This document shows, in pieces, positions 48,207 through 58,746 of a DNA stretch of 64,000 nt (the stretch's first letter is position 1; each line of letters starts with the position of its first letter). The position numbers and the translations under genes are program-made. The DNA comes from a virus: the IMG/VR virus record IMGVR_UViG_3300025949_000001, positions 32,001-96,000 of that record. One strand, written 5' to 3'. Under the pieces are notes generated by a model. It had not been told where the DNA came from and searched no databases. It saw only the letters and a list, made by a program, of their open reading frames with translations.

Positions 48207-51200
48207 TTACTCTTCCCATCCCGCCTGACATAGGCAAACGAGTTTGATCTCGTACCGTTCACGGCTGGTGGTCACGGTGTCGTTGTAGACCTCGACATCG
48301 CAGGCACCCCAGCTGTGTTCTTCGCGTTCGTGGTCGCAGATGCACGTGCCCTGGAAGGTGGGGAACTCCTCCCAGCCGTCTTCGTCGTCCGCGCTCACAG
48401 CGTCTTCGGCTTCAGGTCCGCGACGTCCTCCACGTACGTGCCGCCGCCGTTTCCCGTGGCCGCCTTGCCATCGGGCAGGTAGTTCAGGAAATAGTCCAAC
48501 CGGCCGCCGACCACCACCAGGTCGTAGCGCTGCAGCTTGCCCGTGAACCCCTCGCGGGCGCAGCCCCAGGCGCGCAGCAGCATGAACCGGTCGATAGGCG
48601 CGGTGAACTGCGCGGTCTGGCCGCACCGCGAGCAGGTGGCGTCGGTGAGAGTGAACTCCGGCGCGGCAGGATGGGGGTGGGCGCCGGTAGTCTGCCAGTC
48701 GTGGCGCTCGCGGTCGTTTTTGATCCGCGTCGGGGTGGCCGGTTTGGCGTCCCGTGGTTCGGCTGCTCGCCGTCGCCAGTTCATATCAAGCCTCGATCTG
48801 TCGTCGGACGACTTCGCCGGGAACCGGTTCGCGAGACTTCGCTCCACGCACGAGCCAGACCCGCTCGCGCGGCTCGGCGCCTGGTCGACGGAAGTCGCCG
48901 CCCTCCCACGCGGAGACGATATCGATGTCGTGCTCCAGAATCCCCGAGAGCGCTTCGGCGACGCGCGGCATGTCCAACTCATCGCTGATGCCGTCGAGGT
49001 CTTTGCTAAACAGAGCGACCGCCCGCACCTGATCGTCGGGCGTGCGCCGCAACGGCATGACGACCGAGAAGAAATCGCCGTCCACCCGCCGCGCGGCGTC
49101 GATGAATGCCTCGACGCGGTCGGGATCGTCGTAGAGGAATGACGTGACGTGCACGTGCCGGTAGCTCACGTCAGCCTCCGATCGCGTGCTGGTCGCGCAC
49201 AACCTCGCCATCTATCACGGTGGGCTTGGGTGTCGCCTTGATCCGATAGGCGAGGGATGGCGTGTCCTGCCAAATCATCATCTCGGTGCCCTCGAAATCC
49301 GTGATCTCCTCGGCTGTGATCATCACTTCGCCGCCGAGACGCGAGACGAGTATCCCGATCAGCCAGTTGCGCAGTTCGACGGCATCCGTTGGTCCGCTCA
49401 TTGGCTCCCCGTTCCCGGGCGCTGGATCGTGAAATGCGTAGGCACCGTGAACGATTCGCCGGCGCCGCATCGGGAGCAAGTCCCAGCGAAGGTGATGAAG
49501 TCGGGCTCGCGGGACACTCCCGGCGTGAACAGCGTCGGCCCGATGGAGTGGTGACGCCAGGAATGGCCGATAACGCAGCAGACCAGCCGCCGCCAGCGGG
49601 TACTTTTCCGATTCAAGGCGCCCCCGCCTCAGTCATCTGCTCCTCGACCGGTCCGGCTGGCGCTGGCCCGTTGTCCTCGGTGAGCATCTTCAGGACCGTG
49701 GCCCGCGAGTAGACCGGGGCGGCGGTTCGGGCGATCTCGTTGCGCCCGACACCGTCCCGATCGGCGGCGGCGAGCGCGGCACGCAGCACGTCACGAGATG
49801 CAACGAATCGCTCGACGGCATCGTGCAGTGTGACCGACTCCAGGTCGATGTCGGCGGCGAGCACGAGGATCGGGTGGTCCGGGAACTGGGTGCCCATCTG
49901 TTCGCCGATGCGCTCGATCTCGCCGTAATCCATGTCGGGCGGCACGCGCAGCAGGATCGTGTCGCCGGGATCGAGTGCGAGCCGGGACGCCTCGGCGAAA
50001 CGGACCTCGACCTCAGCCACGGTGTGTGACGCCTTCCCCGGCCGGCGGCAACCCGAGAGACGCGAGTAGTTGATCCCGCACGCGCCGCACGCCATCCGGG
50101 CCCGTGTGAGCCTGGCACAGCGCCCGCAGCGGCCCTGCGCGGAAGTACTCGACCCACTCGGTCTGCCACCCGCAACGCCGACACTTGCCGTAGAGGCGCT
50201 CGTTGAACTCGTCCTCGGCGATCCCGCCATAGCAGTCCGGCCGGCCGCCGCTGCCCGCGGCCACGAGCCGGATCGGCTGCTTGAAGCGTTCCCGCCGCGC
50301 GTCCTGCCCGAGCGCATGCCGGTAGGCGGCGCGCACCAGCCAGGAACGCCGGTCCAATGCGACGCGTTCGGTTCGCCACCCGCAGGCGCAGACCGCTTCG
50401 AGGTCGGCGACACAGGAGGCGTACGGGTCGGTGACGGTGATCGCGCAGTCCTTGGTCGCGTCGCCGTATTCGAGAAGTGAGACCCTCGCCATGCGGTCGA
50501 GGGCTGTGTGCGGGACGTATTCCCAGGGGATGACGCCTTGTTCGGCGAGCCCGGTCGGGACGTGCTCGAGCAGGTTCCGCTCGCCCCGGTGCGCGCTCTC
50601 GCTCCAGCCGATCCGGACGGGCCGCAGCAGGCCTAGCTGATCCGTGTAGGTGATGGTGCGCAGCTGGTAGTACACGACATCATCGGTGACCGTGACTGCC
50701 TTCTCTGGGTCGAACGCGGCGATGCTGAACGGCTGGGGTATGACGATCGCGTAGGAGTACTTGCACTCTTGCGGGATCGCGCGGGAGTGCCCAGCCATGG
50801 GGCCGTCGATCAGGATCGTGTCGCTGTTGACCGGCTCAGTCATCGGTGAGACACTCCCATCCCGCCGCGCGCAGCAGTTCGGCCGGATTGCCCCGCGCGG
50901 AGTTCCATGGCAGCCACATCAGCCGCCCGTCATCGCCCACCGGATCGGCGCGGGTGGCTGAGTCGAAGATCATCTGGACAACCTCGACCGCGACCGCGCC
51001 GTCCGGGCGCCACCAGCGACGTTTCACCGGCACGAGCGGGCCGTCATGTTCACCCCACAGTTGCACGTCGTCGCCGACGCCTGGTAGGTGCGCGGTGTCG
51101 ATGGCGCGCTGCCACCAGGTGTCGTTGAGCGGCGCACCACCGACGCGTACGCCGGAGTGGTCGAGAACGCGCAGGCGCAGGATGACCTCAGCCACGGTAC

Positions 51201-52053
51201 GTGATCCTCCCACCGTCGATGGTCGCGTCACCGATGGCCCCGAACTCGCGGGCGCACCAGGGCTGCTCGCGTCGGCGCGCCGCAGCCTCGTCGAGCAGCC
51301 GCTCCATTGCCTGCACCGAGGTGAGCCACGGGCCGCGCTGTTCGTGGCGCTGCTCACACCCGTCGCCGTGTTCGTGGATCTCGTAGCGGCCCGCTGCGGC
51401 CGTGGAACACGGGTGGCAGCAGTAGGCGACGCCGGTTTTCACCTGCCGGAAGCAGTCGGGCTTGTCGCACTTGTGCAGGCCGCTGTACGCGCCGTCTTCG
51501 GTGAGCATGGCCACGTACCTATCTGACTGGGTACCGTTCATAGCCGCTTGACCCACTGGCGGCCATTGGCCTCCCAGGCTGCAGTGAACTGGTGCACGTC
51601 CGGGGGTGCGTCGCCGCGGCGTTGCGCCGCCTGACAGAACTCCATGAACGCAACCGCGAGACGCGTCTCGTCATCGACTTCAACTGGCTCTTGCGTCCGG
51701 CTGCGGAACCTGGGATCGGCCGGTGCAGCGAACACGATGCGGGTCGCTCCGCCGTGCCCGTTGATCGCGGCCACGTCCTCGATGCTGTTCCAATTCACCG
51801 TCGAGGGCCGCTGCCCGCGCCAGCGGACCGTGACGGTGCCGTCCGGCCACAGCACGCCGTCGGCGACTCGGCCTGTGCCGGAAATCCCGGACACATCAGT
51901 GTCGCGTTCGAGGGCGAACAGTCGCGGCGCGGGGATTTCGGGCCACGCGCTGTAGAGCAGGTCGTACGCCTCGAACCCGTCCTTGGCTTTGCCTGCGGCG
52001 TCCCAGCGTTCCTGTGGGGTGGGCTGCGTCATGTCGTCCATCGTGACACTCAT
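48207..52053 (-). CDS. Operon of hypothetical genes (48207-48398, 48395-48784, 48786-~49170, 49171-~49401, 49398-49616, 49613-50020, 50013-50843, 50836-~51195, 51188-~51541, 51538-~52053)
   Basis: Coupled minus-strand ORFs. Confidence 0.55.
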
Positions 52054-52111
52054 TCGCCCCGCCCACCGCGCGGTACCGTGATCCCATCAACCGCCCAGCC
52101 CGGGAGCAGTC

Positions 52112-52705
52112 ATGCCGCGCGCCGCCGACACGAAAACCGACCCCGCTGCGGCGAAGACCGCCCAGGCCAAGTGCGACATGGCCGCCGTCACCCACGCCGA
52201 GGCCGTCCTGCGCCTACCCGGAACTCCGTACGTCGTGCTCTCCTTCGACGGCCCCGTCGAGCCCGAGCGACTCGCCCAAGCCGCCGACCGGCTCGCGCGC
52301 CGCGACAAGGTGCCCGTCATCCTCGGCGGCGACGGCCTCAGGGTCAGCGAAATGATCGAGGAAGACGCGCTCGAGACCGTCGAGAAGACCCAAGAGCGGC
52401 AAGCGCAATGGGGTGAAGCCTTCGGCGCCGCACTCCAGGCGGTCGACACCTTCACCGCCGATGAACAGGCCGAACGCGCCGACGAGGACGGGGGCGTTGA
52501 CGAAGACGAACCCGAACCGCAGCCCGCCGAGATCATCCTCGCGTACCTGCGCGAACACGGACCCGGCTCACCACAGGACATCGCCGCCGCCACCGGCCTG
52601 CCGCGGCGCACCACCACCGTGGAACTGGTGCGCATGACCAACGCGGGCACCGTGCACAAAAACGGACTGGCCTACGCCGTCAGTGCAGCCTCAGCAGAAG
52701 CGTGA
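52112..52705 (+). CDS. Hypothetical protein with C-terminal winged HTH
   Basis: ILAYLREHGPGSPQDIAAATGLPRRT. Confidence 0.7.
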   Translation: MPRAADTKTDPAAAKTAQAKCDMAAVTHAEAVLRLPGTPYVVLSFDGPVEPERLAQAADRLARRDKVPVILGGDGLRVSEMIEEDALETVEKTQERQAQWGEAFGAALQAVDTFTADEQAERADEDGGVDEDEPEPQPAEIILAYLREHGPGSPQDIAAATGLPRRTTTVELVRMTNAGTVHKNGLAYAVSAASAEA

Positions 52706-53174
52706 CGATCACACCCAGCGTCGCGACCGCGCCCACCAGAATCACCCACCCCGCGTTCAACCCGCTGCTACGCCCCTGGCTCGTATCCATCCGGGTCGTC
52801 AGCGCCGCGAGCTGAGTCGCGACCACCTCCACCCGATCCGACACCGCCTTGATCTGCAGCAGGCCTTCGACCTTCGTCATAAACGTCAGAACCTGATCGT
52901 TCAACTGCCCCCGGAACTCGTTCACCGCCGCGAACCTCTCGCCCGACGCGACCTCCGCCTTCGCCACGGCCTTCTCCTGCGCCGCCAACGCCGCGGCGAT
53001 CGCCTCCTTCTGCGCGGCGAACGCGGCGCTCACCGCGATCTGCTGGTCCGCGAAACGCTGCCCCGTCAGTTTCTCCGCCGCCGCCAGGGAGATCGCGGCG
53101 ACGTTCGCGGCGTGCTGGATCGCGGCGTCGGTGTAGACGCGCAGGATGTCGATCTCGCGCTGCGGCTGAGGCAT
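52680..53174 (-). CDS. Coiled-coil protein with C-terminal TM helix (lysis cassette)
   Basis: AAQEKAVAKAE...NEFRGQL; hydrophobic C-terminus. Confidence 0.7.
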   Translation of the reverse strand: MPQPQREIDILRVYTDAAIQHAANVAAISLAAAEKLTGQRFADQQIAVSAAFAAQKEAIAAALAAQEKAVAKAEVASGERFAAVNEFRGQLNDQVLTFMTKVEGLLQIKAVSDRVEVVATQLAALTTRMDTSQGRSSGLNAGWVILVGAVATLGVIVTLLLRLH

Positions 53175-53436
53175 GGCGCTCCCTGCGTCTAGGGCGTGCG
53201 GCGCGGCAGCGGCACGAGCTGCAGCGGCCACAGTGCGGAGCGCGGCGCGGGGGCGGGGGATGGTGCGCTGGGGCGGTTGTAGCCGTGGGCGTCGAGACGG
53301 CGGGCGGATTCACGAGTCCCCGCATGGCGGTGAGCGTGACGGGGGTGACGGAGCTTACCTGTCTTGAGCAGCACGAACGGCACCTCGGCACGCGCCAACC
53401 GGATAGAATGGAGCCTACTGGACTGAAGGGGTCTGA

Positions 53437-53931
53437 ATGGCTGCTATAGGGGGCGCTTACACGCCCATCAGCACCGAACGGCGCTTCGCCCTCAAGGTGG
53501 ACAAGACGGGCGAAGGTGGCTGTTGGAACTGGACAGGGAAGATCAATGAGGGCGGATACGGGATCTTCACGATCAAGCACCACACCTTGCGCGCCCATCG
53601 AATCGCCTGGGAGTGGCATCATGCACTGCCGATTCCCGAGGGGCAGATCATCCGCCACATGTGCGATAACAGGCGCTGCGTGAACCCGTCCCACCTGGTT
53701 GCCGGGACGTATTCCGACAACAACGCCGACGCCGTGCGTCGGCAGCGCGCCGCGACGCTGGTTGGCGAGAAGGTGCCGTCGGCCAAACTGACCGTAGACA
53801 AAGTGCAGTGGGCTCGCCAGCAGTTCGATTCTGGGACGATGAGCAAGACGGCAATCGCCCGTGAACTCGATGTCGCACCAACGACGATCGATGCCGTCGT
53901 GTTGCGCAAGAGTTGGAAGCACGTCAAATAA
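53437..53931 (+). CDS. HNH homing endonuclease
   Basis: [35 protein letters not shown]. Confidence 0.9.
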   Translation: MAAIGGAYTPISTERRFALKVDKTGEGGCWNWTGKINEGGYGIFTIKHHTLRAHRIAWEWHHALPIPEGQIIRHMCDNRRCVNPSHLVAGTYSDNNADAVRRQRAATLVGEKVPSAKLTVDKVQWARQQFDSGTMSKTAIARELDVAPTTIDAVVLRKSWKHVK

Positions 53932-53935
53932 CACG

Positions 53936-54793
53936 TCACATGCCTCGCCGATAGAACGGCACCCCGAACAGCAAGTCAACCCATCGTTTAGGAGTGGGCT
54001 TCGGGGTGCCGTTCTTCACCATTGGAGCCGACGCTGTCGCCGAGGATGCCGCAGGAACGCTCGGGGCAAGCGGGGAAGTCCCGGCCGATGGTATCGCTGA
54101 TGACGTTAGTGTCTGCGATGGGGAAGCGGAGGCTGACGCAGATGCCGTGGATGTCGGCGGGCAGGTGTAATGAGGCGCCGGCGTCCCGTTGTCGGGTACG
54201 CACTCATACGTCACACCATTAACCTCGAAGGCCCAGCCCGCGGGGGGGCTGCCGGGGGCGCCATCTACACCTGGATTCCCCTGTTTTCCGTCTTGTCCAT
54301 TTTCTCCCGGGCTACCGGGTGGACCGCTGGGCGCGGGGTGCGCGGCCATGTACGCGGCCACCGAAGCGTCGATCTGCGCCGCCGTCGCATCTCTGCCCGG
54401 CGCGGGCGGGTGCGCCGACAGATAACTCGCGACATCGGCCTCGACCTGCGCGGCGGAAACCCTCCCGGTTGGCGGGTTCGCGGCCAGGTACCCGTCGACC
54501 GCGAGCTGCACCTGCGCGTCCGACGGCCCCGGACCCCGAACACCCTGAGGGCCCGCGACACCCGAGACCACGGCTGCCGGCGGCGGCACGTTCGGCGTGG
54601 CGCCCAGCGAGATGATCTGCGCCCTGGCGGAAGCAACCGCCGCGGCGAGACCCTCCACCGCCGCGCCCTGCGCGTCGATCTTGCGGCCGTCCGCTTTCTG
54701 CCCCAGCAGCAGGAACACCACCAGGCCGAGGCCCAGCACGCCGCACAGCAGCCACGCGACGGGCCACCAGCGCGGCGAGAACCGGCCCTGCAT
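53936..54793 (-). CDS. Membrane-anchored collagen-like protein (lysis cassette)
   Basis: N-terminal TM, coiled coil, Gly-X-Y repeats. Confidence 0.75.
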   Translation of the reverse strand: MQGRFSPRWWPVAWLLCGVLGLGLVVFLLLGQKADGRKIDAQGAAVEGLAAAVASARAQIISLGATPNVPPPAAVVSGVAGPQGVRGPGPSDAQVQLAVDGYLAANPPTGRVSAAQVEADVASYLSAHPPAPGRDATAAQIDASVAAYMAAHPAPSGPPGSPGENGQDGKQGNPGVDGAPGSPPAGWAFEVNGVTYECVPDNGTPAPHYTCPPTSTASASASASPSQTLTSSAIPSAGTSPLAPSVPAASSATASAPMVKNGTPKPTPKRWVDLLFGVPFYRRGM

Positions 54794-54795
54794 CG

Positions 54796-55134
54796 TCAAT
54801 GACCTCCCTGATGGACGGCGGTGTACCAGGCGGCGGCGAGCACCGCCAGGATGCTCGCGATCCCCAGCACCCGCTGCCAGGTGATCTCGGAGCGCTGGCT
54901 GACGGACTTCTTCACGTCCGCGAGCGCCGCCATGACGATCTGGTGGCGTTCCTCGCAGTGCGCGTCCACCTCCGCGATGTCTTTCGCCAGGTGGCTGTTC
55001 TCCCGCGTCCACGAGTCGACGGACACGGTGGACTGGGCGAGGGTGTTCACGCGGGTGTCGATCGCGGACTGGTCTCTGCGCACGTCCTCGAATTTGCCGA
55101 GGATCTCGCGGTTGGTAAGGGGTTCGTCGGCCAT
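54796..55134 (-). CDS. Membrane protein (lysis cassette)
   Basis: C-terminal TM; RBS. Confidence 0.65.
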   Translation of the reverse strand: MADEPLTNREILGKFEDVRRDQSAIDTRVNTLAQSTVSVDSWTRENSHLAKDIAEVDAHCEERHQIVMAALADVKKSVSQRSEITWQRVLGIASILAVLAAAWYTAVHQGGH

Positions 55135-55184
55135 GGTGCGGCCCTTCTGGTCGACCGGGGTCTGGGGCCGACGTGCGCGGGGTG

Positions 55185-55481
55185 TTACGTGTCGGTGCGG
55201 GCGGGCGCGGCGAGCGCGTCCTCGTGCTCGTTCACGACGCGCCGCACGACGGGCACGGGCATCGTCTTTTGCAACTGCCGGTACGCGGATTCGGTGACGC
55301 CGGCCAGCAGCGACCACAGGCCGGACCAGCCGGTGATGTGCCCGCCGGTGGCCAGCAGCTGCGCGCCGAGGGTGTACGCGAACACGCGCCCCAGGCGCCA
55401 GGCCTGCGCGGGCCAGTGGTGGTGCGCGGCTTCGAGCGCCAGGTCCGCGCGCAGCGAACGGAACACCGAGCCGACCGTCAC
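55185..55481 (-). CDS. Putative holin
   Basis: Small hydrophobic protein coupled directly downstream of the endolysin. Confidence 0.5.
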   Translation of the reverse strand: MTVGSVFRSLRADLALEAAHHHWPAQAWRLGRVFAYTLGAQLLATGGHITGWSGLWSLLAGVTESAYRQLQKTMPVPVVRRVVNEHEDALAAPARTDT

Positions 55482-56293
55482 GCCAGCACGTCCGCCCCGA
55501 CGATCCCGGAGCCGGACTCCAGCAGCAGGGAGACCTTGTTGATCTGCGGCGGCAGCGGGATCTTCAAGGCTCCGGCGACGCGGCCCGCCGGGTGCGTGGC
55601 GACTGCCCATCCGGTTTTGATGTCGAACAGCGCGACACGCACCACGGCGTCGGCGAAGTCGCTGGCGAGCAGCAGTGTTGCGGTCTGCATGGTGACCGCG
55701 CCGGGGTTGGTGAACACCACGGGCTTGTTGGGCTGCAGGTCGACGTGCATGTCGTTCTCCCGGTGGGCTGTGGCGGTGTGGGTCGGGGTGGATTTGGCTG
55801 CGACGATCTGGGTCGCGCGGTTCACGATCGCCTGGCGCTGGGTCAGGATCGGCGCCCCGGGGCAGTCGTAGTGGCCGCCGCCCGCCGCGCCCAGCAGTCC
55901 GTGCCCGATGACGCCCTCGCCGCGCGGGTCGTCGGTGACTTGCAGCTTGGTGCCGTGCACGCCATGGACCCAGGCGAGGATCTGCGCGGCGTTCTCTATC
56001 TGTGAGGCGGTCAGGCTGTCGCCTGAGTGGCCTTCGTTCTCGATCGAGATGCCCACCCCGTTGTAGGCGGCTTCGGCCCACGCCACTTGGCTGGTGTCGA
56101 CCCACTGGTCGGGTTTGCCGGTTTTGGGGTTGCCGAAGTGCGCTGAGACCTGCGCGGCGGGGTTGTGGATCCAGGCGTCGCTGCCCGCCTCGCTGCCGTC
56201 CTGGATGTGGATGACGAAGAGGCGGTACTCGGTCATGGCGCCGCCCACGTTGGGTACGGGTCCGCGCCAAGTGGCGCCGGGGTATCTGCTCAT
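55478..56293 (-). CDS. Endolysin, N-acetylmuramoyl-L-alanine amidase
   Basis: VIHIQDG, SAHF, AW..A.YN, ISIENEG, GH....HYDCPG. Confidence 0.9.
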   Translation of the reverse strand: MSRYPGATWRGPVPNVGGAMTEYRLFVIHIQDGSEAGSDAWIHNPAAQVSAHFGNPKTGKPDQWVDTSQVAWAEAAYNGVGISIENEGHSGDSLTASQIENAAQILAWVHGVHGTKLQVTDDPRGEGVIGHGLLGAAGGGHYDCPGAPILTQRQAIVNRATQIVAAKSTPTHTATAHRENDMHVDLQPNKPVVFTNPGAVTMQTATLLLASDFADAVVRVALFDIKTGWAVATHPAGRVAGALKIPLPPQINKVSLLLESGSGIVGADVLA

Positions 56294-56776
56294 GCGGGTC
56301 GGCCTGCTTTCTACGCGAAGGGCCACCACCGGATGTCGGCAGTGGCCCGTTTGCGCTCGGTCGTTAGCCGCGCGCTTGGCTGGTCGTGGTTGGCGTTCCC
56401 CGCGTGATGTGGTGGATTACCCCGGACTGCACCTTGAGCCCCCAGCCGCCAGATACGTCCCAGAAGTAGGTCCAGCCGTCGATTTCCTCCGTGCCGGTCG
56501 CTGTGACCACTTCGGGGGTCTTGTCGGTAGTGAATGTGACCTCGTACCGGAATTCCTCGGCACGACCGCCTTTGACGTTCAGGCTGTCACGCATGCTGGC
56601 CGCCTTACGTAATCGCGACATGGGAGACACTGAGCGCGAACGCCAGGGCGAACGCGGTGAGGCCGGCCGCGACGAACACGGCCCAGTACGTCTGGTGCGC
56701 TCGGGGCGTCTGGAGCGCTGCGGCCACGAACGCGACGGCGAACAACACGACGGCGGCCCACGCGGCGATCTTCATG

Positions 56777-57259
56777 TCAGGCGGCGGGCGTGTTCGGGGC
56801 CGCGGAGTCGCTCAGTGCGACCGACGCCGGGGTGTTGTCCACGATCGTGACCGTGTCCTCGGCCGCGATGCCGTTGCTGGTGGTCACCGTCACGGTCACG
56901 TCCCCGGCCGGCGCGTTCTCCAGGGTCGCCCACAGCGGGTTGGACGGGTCGGCGGTGACGGTGCCTGCGCTCGCGGACCACGTCACCTCGTCGGTGATCT
57001 GTACCTGCTCGGCGTTCTCGACGACGGCGGCGAAGTAGACGGGGACGCTGAGTGGGTAGCTGCTCATGGGCGGGCCTTCCGGGTATGTGCTGGCGGTCAG
57101 GGTGATGTGCGTCGGTTCGCTGCCGCACCGGTGCTCGCAGCAGCGGTCCCGGATCTTGTGTTCGAGGCGCTCGAAGTGGCGGCGCAGTTCGGTTTGCACA
57201 TCCCCGGCCAGGTCGAGCAATGCGCGGATCTTGGCGAGCTCCCGCCGGACCGCGCTCAC
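56777..57259 (-). CDS. Protein with an Ig-like beta domain
   Basis: VTWSAS...GDVTVTVTT.NG....TVTIV. Confidence 0.55.
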   Translation of the reverse strand: MSAVRRELAKIRALLDLAGDVQTELRRHFERLEHKIRDRCCEHRCGSEPTHITLTASTYPEGPPMSSYPLSVPVYFAAVVENAEQVQITDEVTWSASAGTVTADPSNPLWATLENAPAGDVTVTVTTSNGIAAEDTVTIVDNTPASVALSDSAAPNTPAA

Positions 57260-57522
57260 TTCGCGGGCGCTGCCGGGGCGCTGCCGGTGGCGCCGGAGAC
57301 GATCGCGCCCGCATCGCGCCCGGCTTCGGTCAGCAGCGCCTTGCCGTCGGCGACCGCCTCGGAGCCCAGCTTCTCGGCGTCGGCGATGGCCTGTGTCTTG
57401 ATCTGGTCCAGTTTGCCCGCGACGGTTTGGGCCTGCGCCGTGACGTTGGGATCGGTGTGCGTGAGCAGCTTCTCGATCTCGGCGATGGCCTCGTCCACGA
57501 GGGTCTTGAGCGACATGCGCAC
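57256..57522 (-). CDS. Small helical hypothetical protein
   Basis: Codon bias; coupled to the next gene. Confidence 0.6.
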   Translation of the reverse strand: MRMSLKTLVDEAIAEIEKLLTHTDPNVTAQAQTVAGKLDQIKTQAIADAEKLGSEAVADGKALLTEAGRDAGAIVSGATGSAPAAPAK

Positions 57523-57593
57523 TCCCGATTAGTGAGGCGTTGTGACTATGTACGGATGGTACCTTAAGCGGTGGTCACGGCAGAGGGGTACGC

Positions 57594-58429
57594 ATGATCA
57601 TCATTGCCTGGACGGGCACACCCGCCGAAGCGCCCGACCTGCGCCACATCCAAGGCGAGATCATGCGCGCCTGCCTCTCCCGGCCCGACCTCACCCTCTA
57701 CGCGCCCGGGTTCCCCGTGAACGCCTCCGACCCTCTGTGGCGCCTCGGCGACCGGCTCGTGACCGATACCGCGCCCCGCCGCATCGACGTGCACCTCTTC
57801 CCCCTCGCCGCCGACGTGCGCGACGAACAGCCGCTGATCGACCGGACACTCGCCGCGATGGCCGCGCGCCAGGCGATCATCGCCACCGACCGCGACCCGC
57901 TGCGCAGGCTGCTGTGGCCCAACCGCAACGGAATCCTGATCCCCGGCGAGCGGCTGCACGACTGGAACCGGGCAATCCTGCGCCTAGCCCGCGAAGCCGA
58001 CGAGCGTGCGCGCATGGGCCGCAACGCCGGCAACACGGCCCGCGCGATCGAGAAGGCCGACGCCTAATGGCGGGCGAGGCGCCGGTGCAGGCGGACGCGC
58101 GGCGCGTGATCGACTGGTACCGCGAGCGGCTGGCGGCTGAACAACACAATCTGGCTTTTGCAACCTGCGCGCTCGCAGCCGAACAGGAACAGGTAGCCGG
58201 GCTGCGCGGAGACCTGGCTGAGATGCGCGTCGCACTCAACGAGCTACAGGACGCCGTGAGCAGGGCGTCCAGCGAGGCGCACTGGCTGCGGCCGGAGCAC
58301 CCAGACTTCCCCGCGTGGGTGTCGCAGCATTGGGACGAGATCCAGGACGCGCGCCTGGCGCACATGGTCGAGCAGGCACATCCGGTAGCGGCGGTCGCGG
58401 CGCGCCCCGTGGTCCGGGAGCAGCCGTGA
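57594..58429 (+). CDS. Two hypothetical genes (57594-58067, 58067-58429)
   Basis: RBS; TAATG coupling. Confidence 0.6.
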
Positions 58430-58746
58430 GCACGCCCGGCCGCGCCGAGCCGCCGAACACCTGGCCGGGCAACGAGACCGTGTTCGCCATCGGCTCCGAC
58501 GAGTACGCCGACTGGGAGACCGAGCGCGGCACCGGCCGACGCATCGGCCTGCACACCTGGCACTGGGACTCGCAGCGCGGGCAGTGGTGCGGCGGCTGGC
58601 TCGGGTTCACCAACGTCGAAGGTCATCTGCCGCGCAGCAAGCACGAGCTGGTCAGCGAGGATCCGCTGACGATTTCGCCGTCGCTGCTGTGCCCGACCTG
58701 CCAGCATCACGGATTCATTCGAGAGGGACGATGGGTGGCGGTATGA
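58426..58746 (+). CDS. DUF6527-like protein
   Basis: PLTISPSLLCPTCQHHGFIREGRW. Confidence 0.55.
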   Translation: MSTPGRAEPPNTWPGNETVFAIGSDEYADWETERGTGRRIGLHTWHWDSQRGQWCGGWLGFTNVEGHLPRSKHELVSEDPLTISPSLLCPTCQHHGFIREGRWVAV

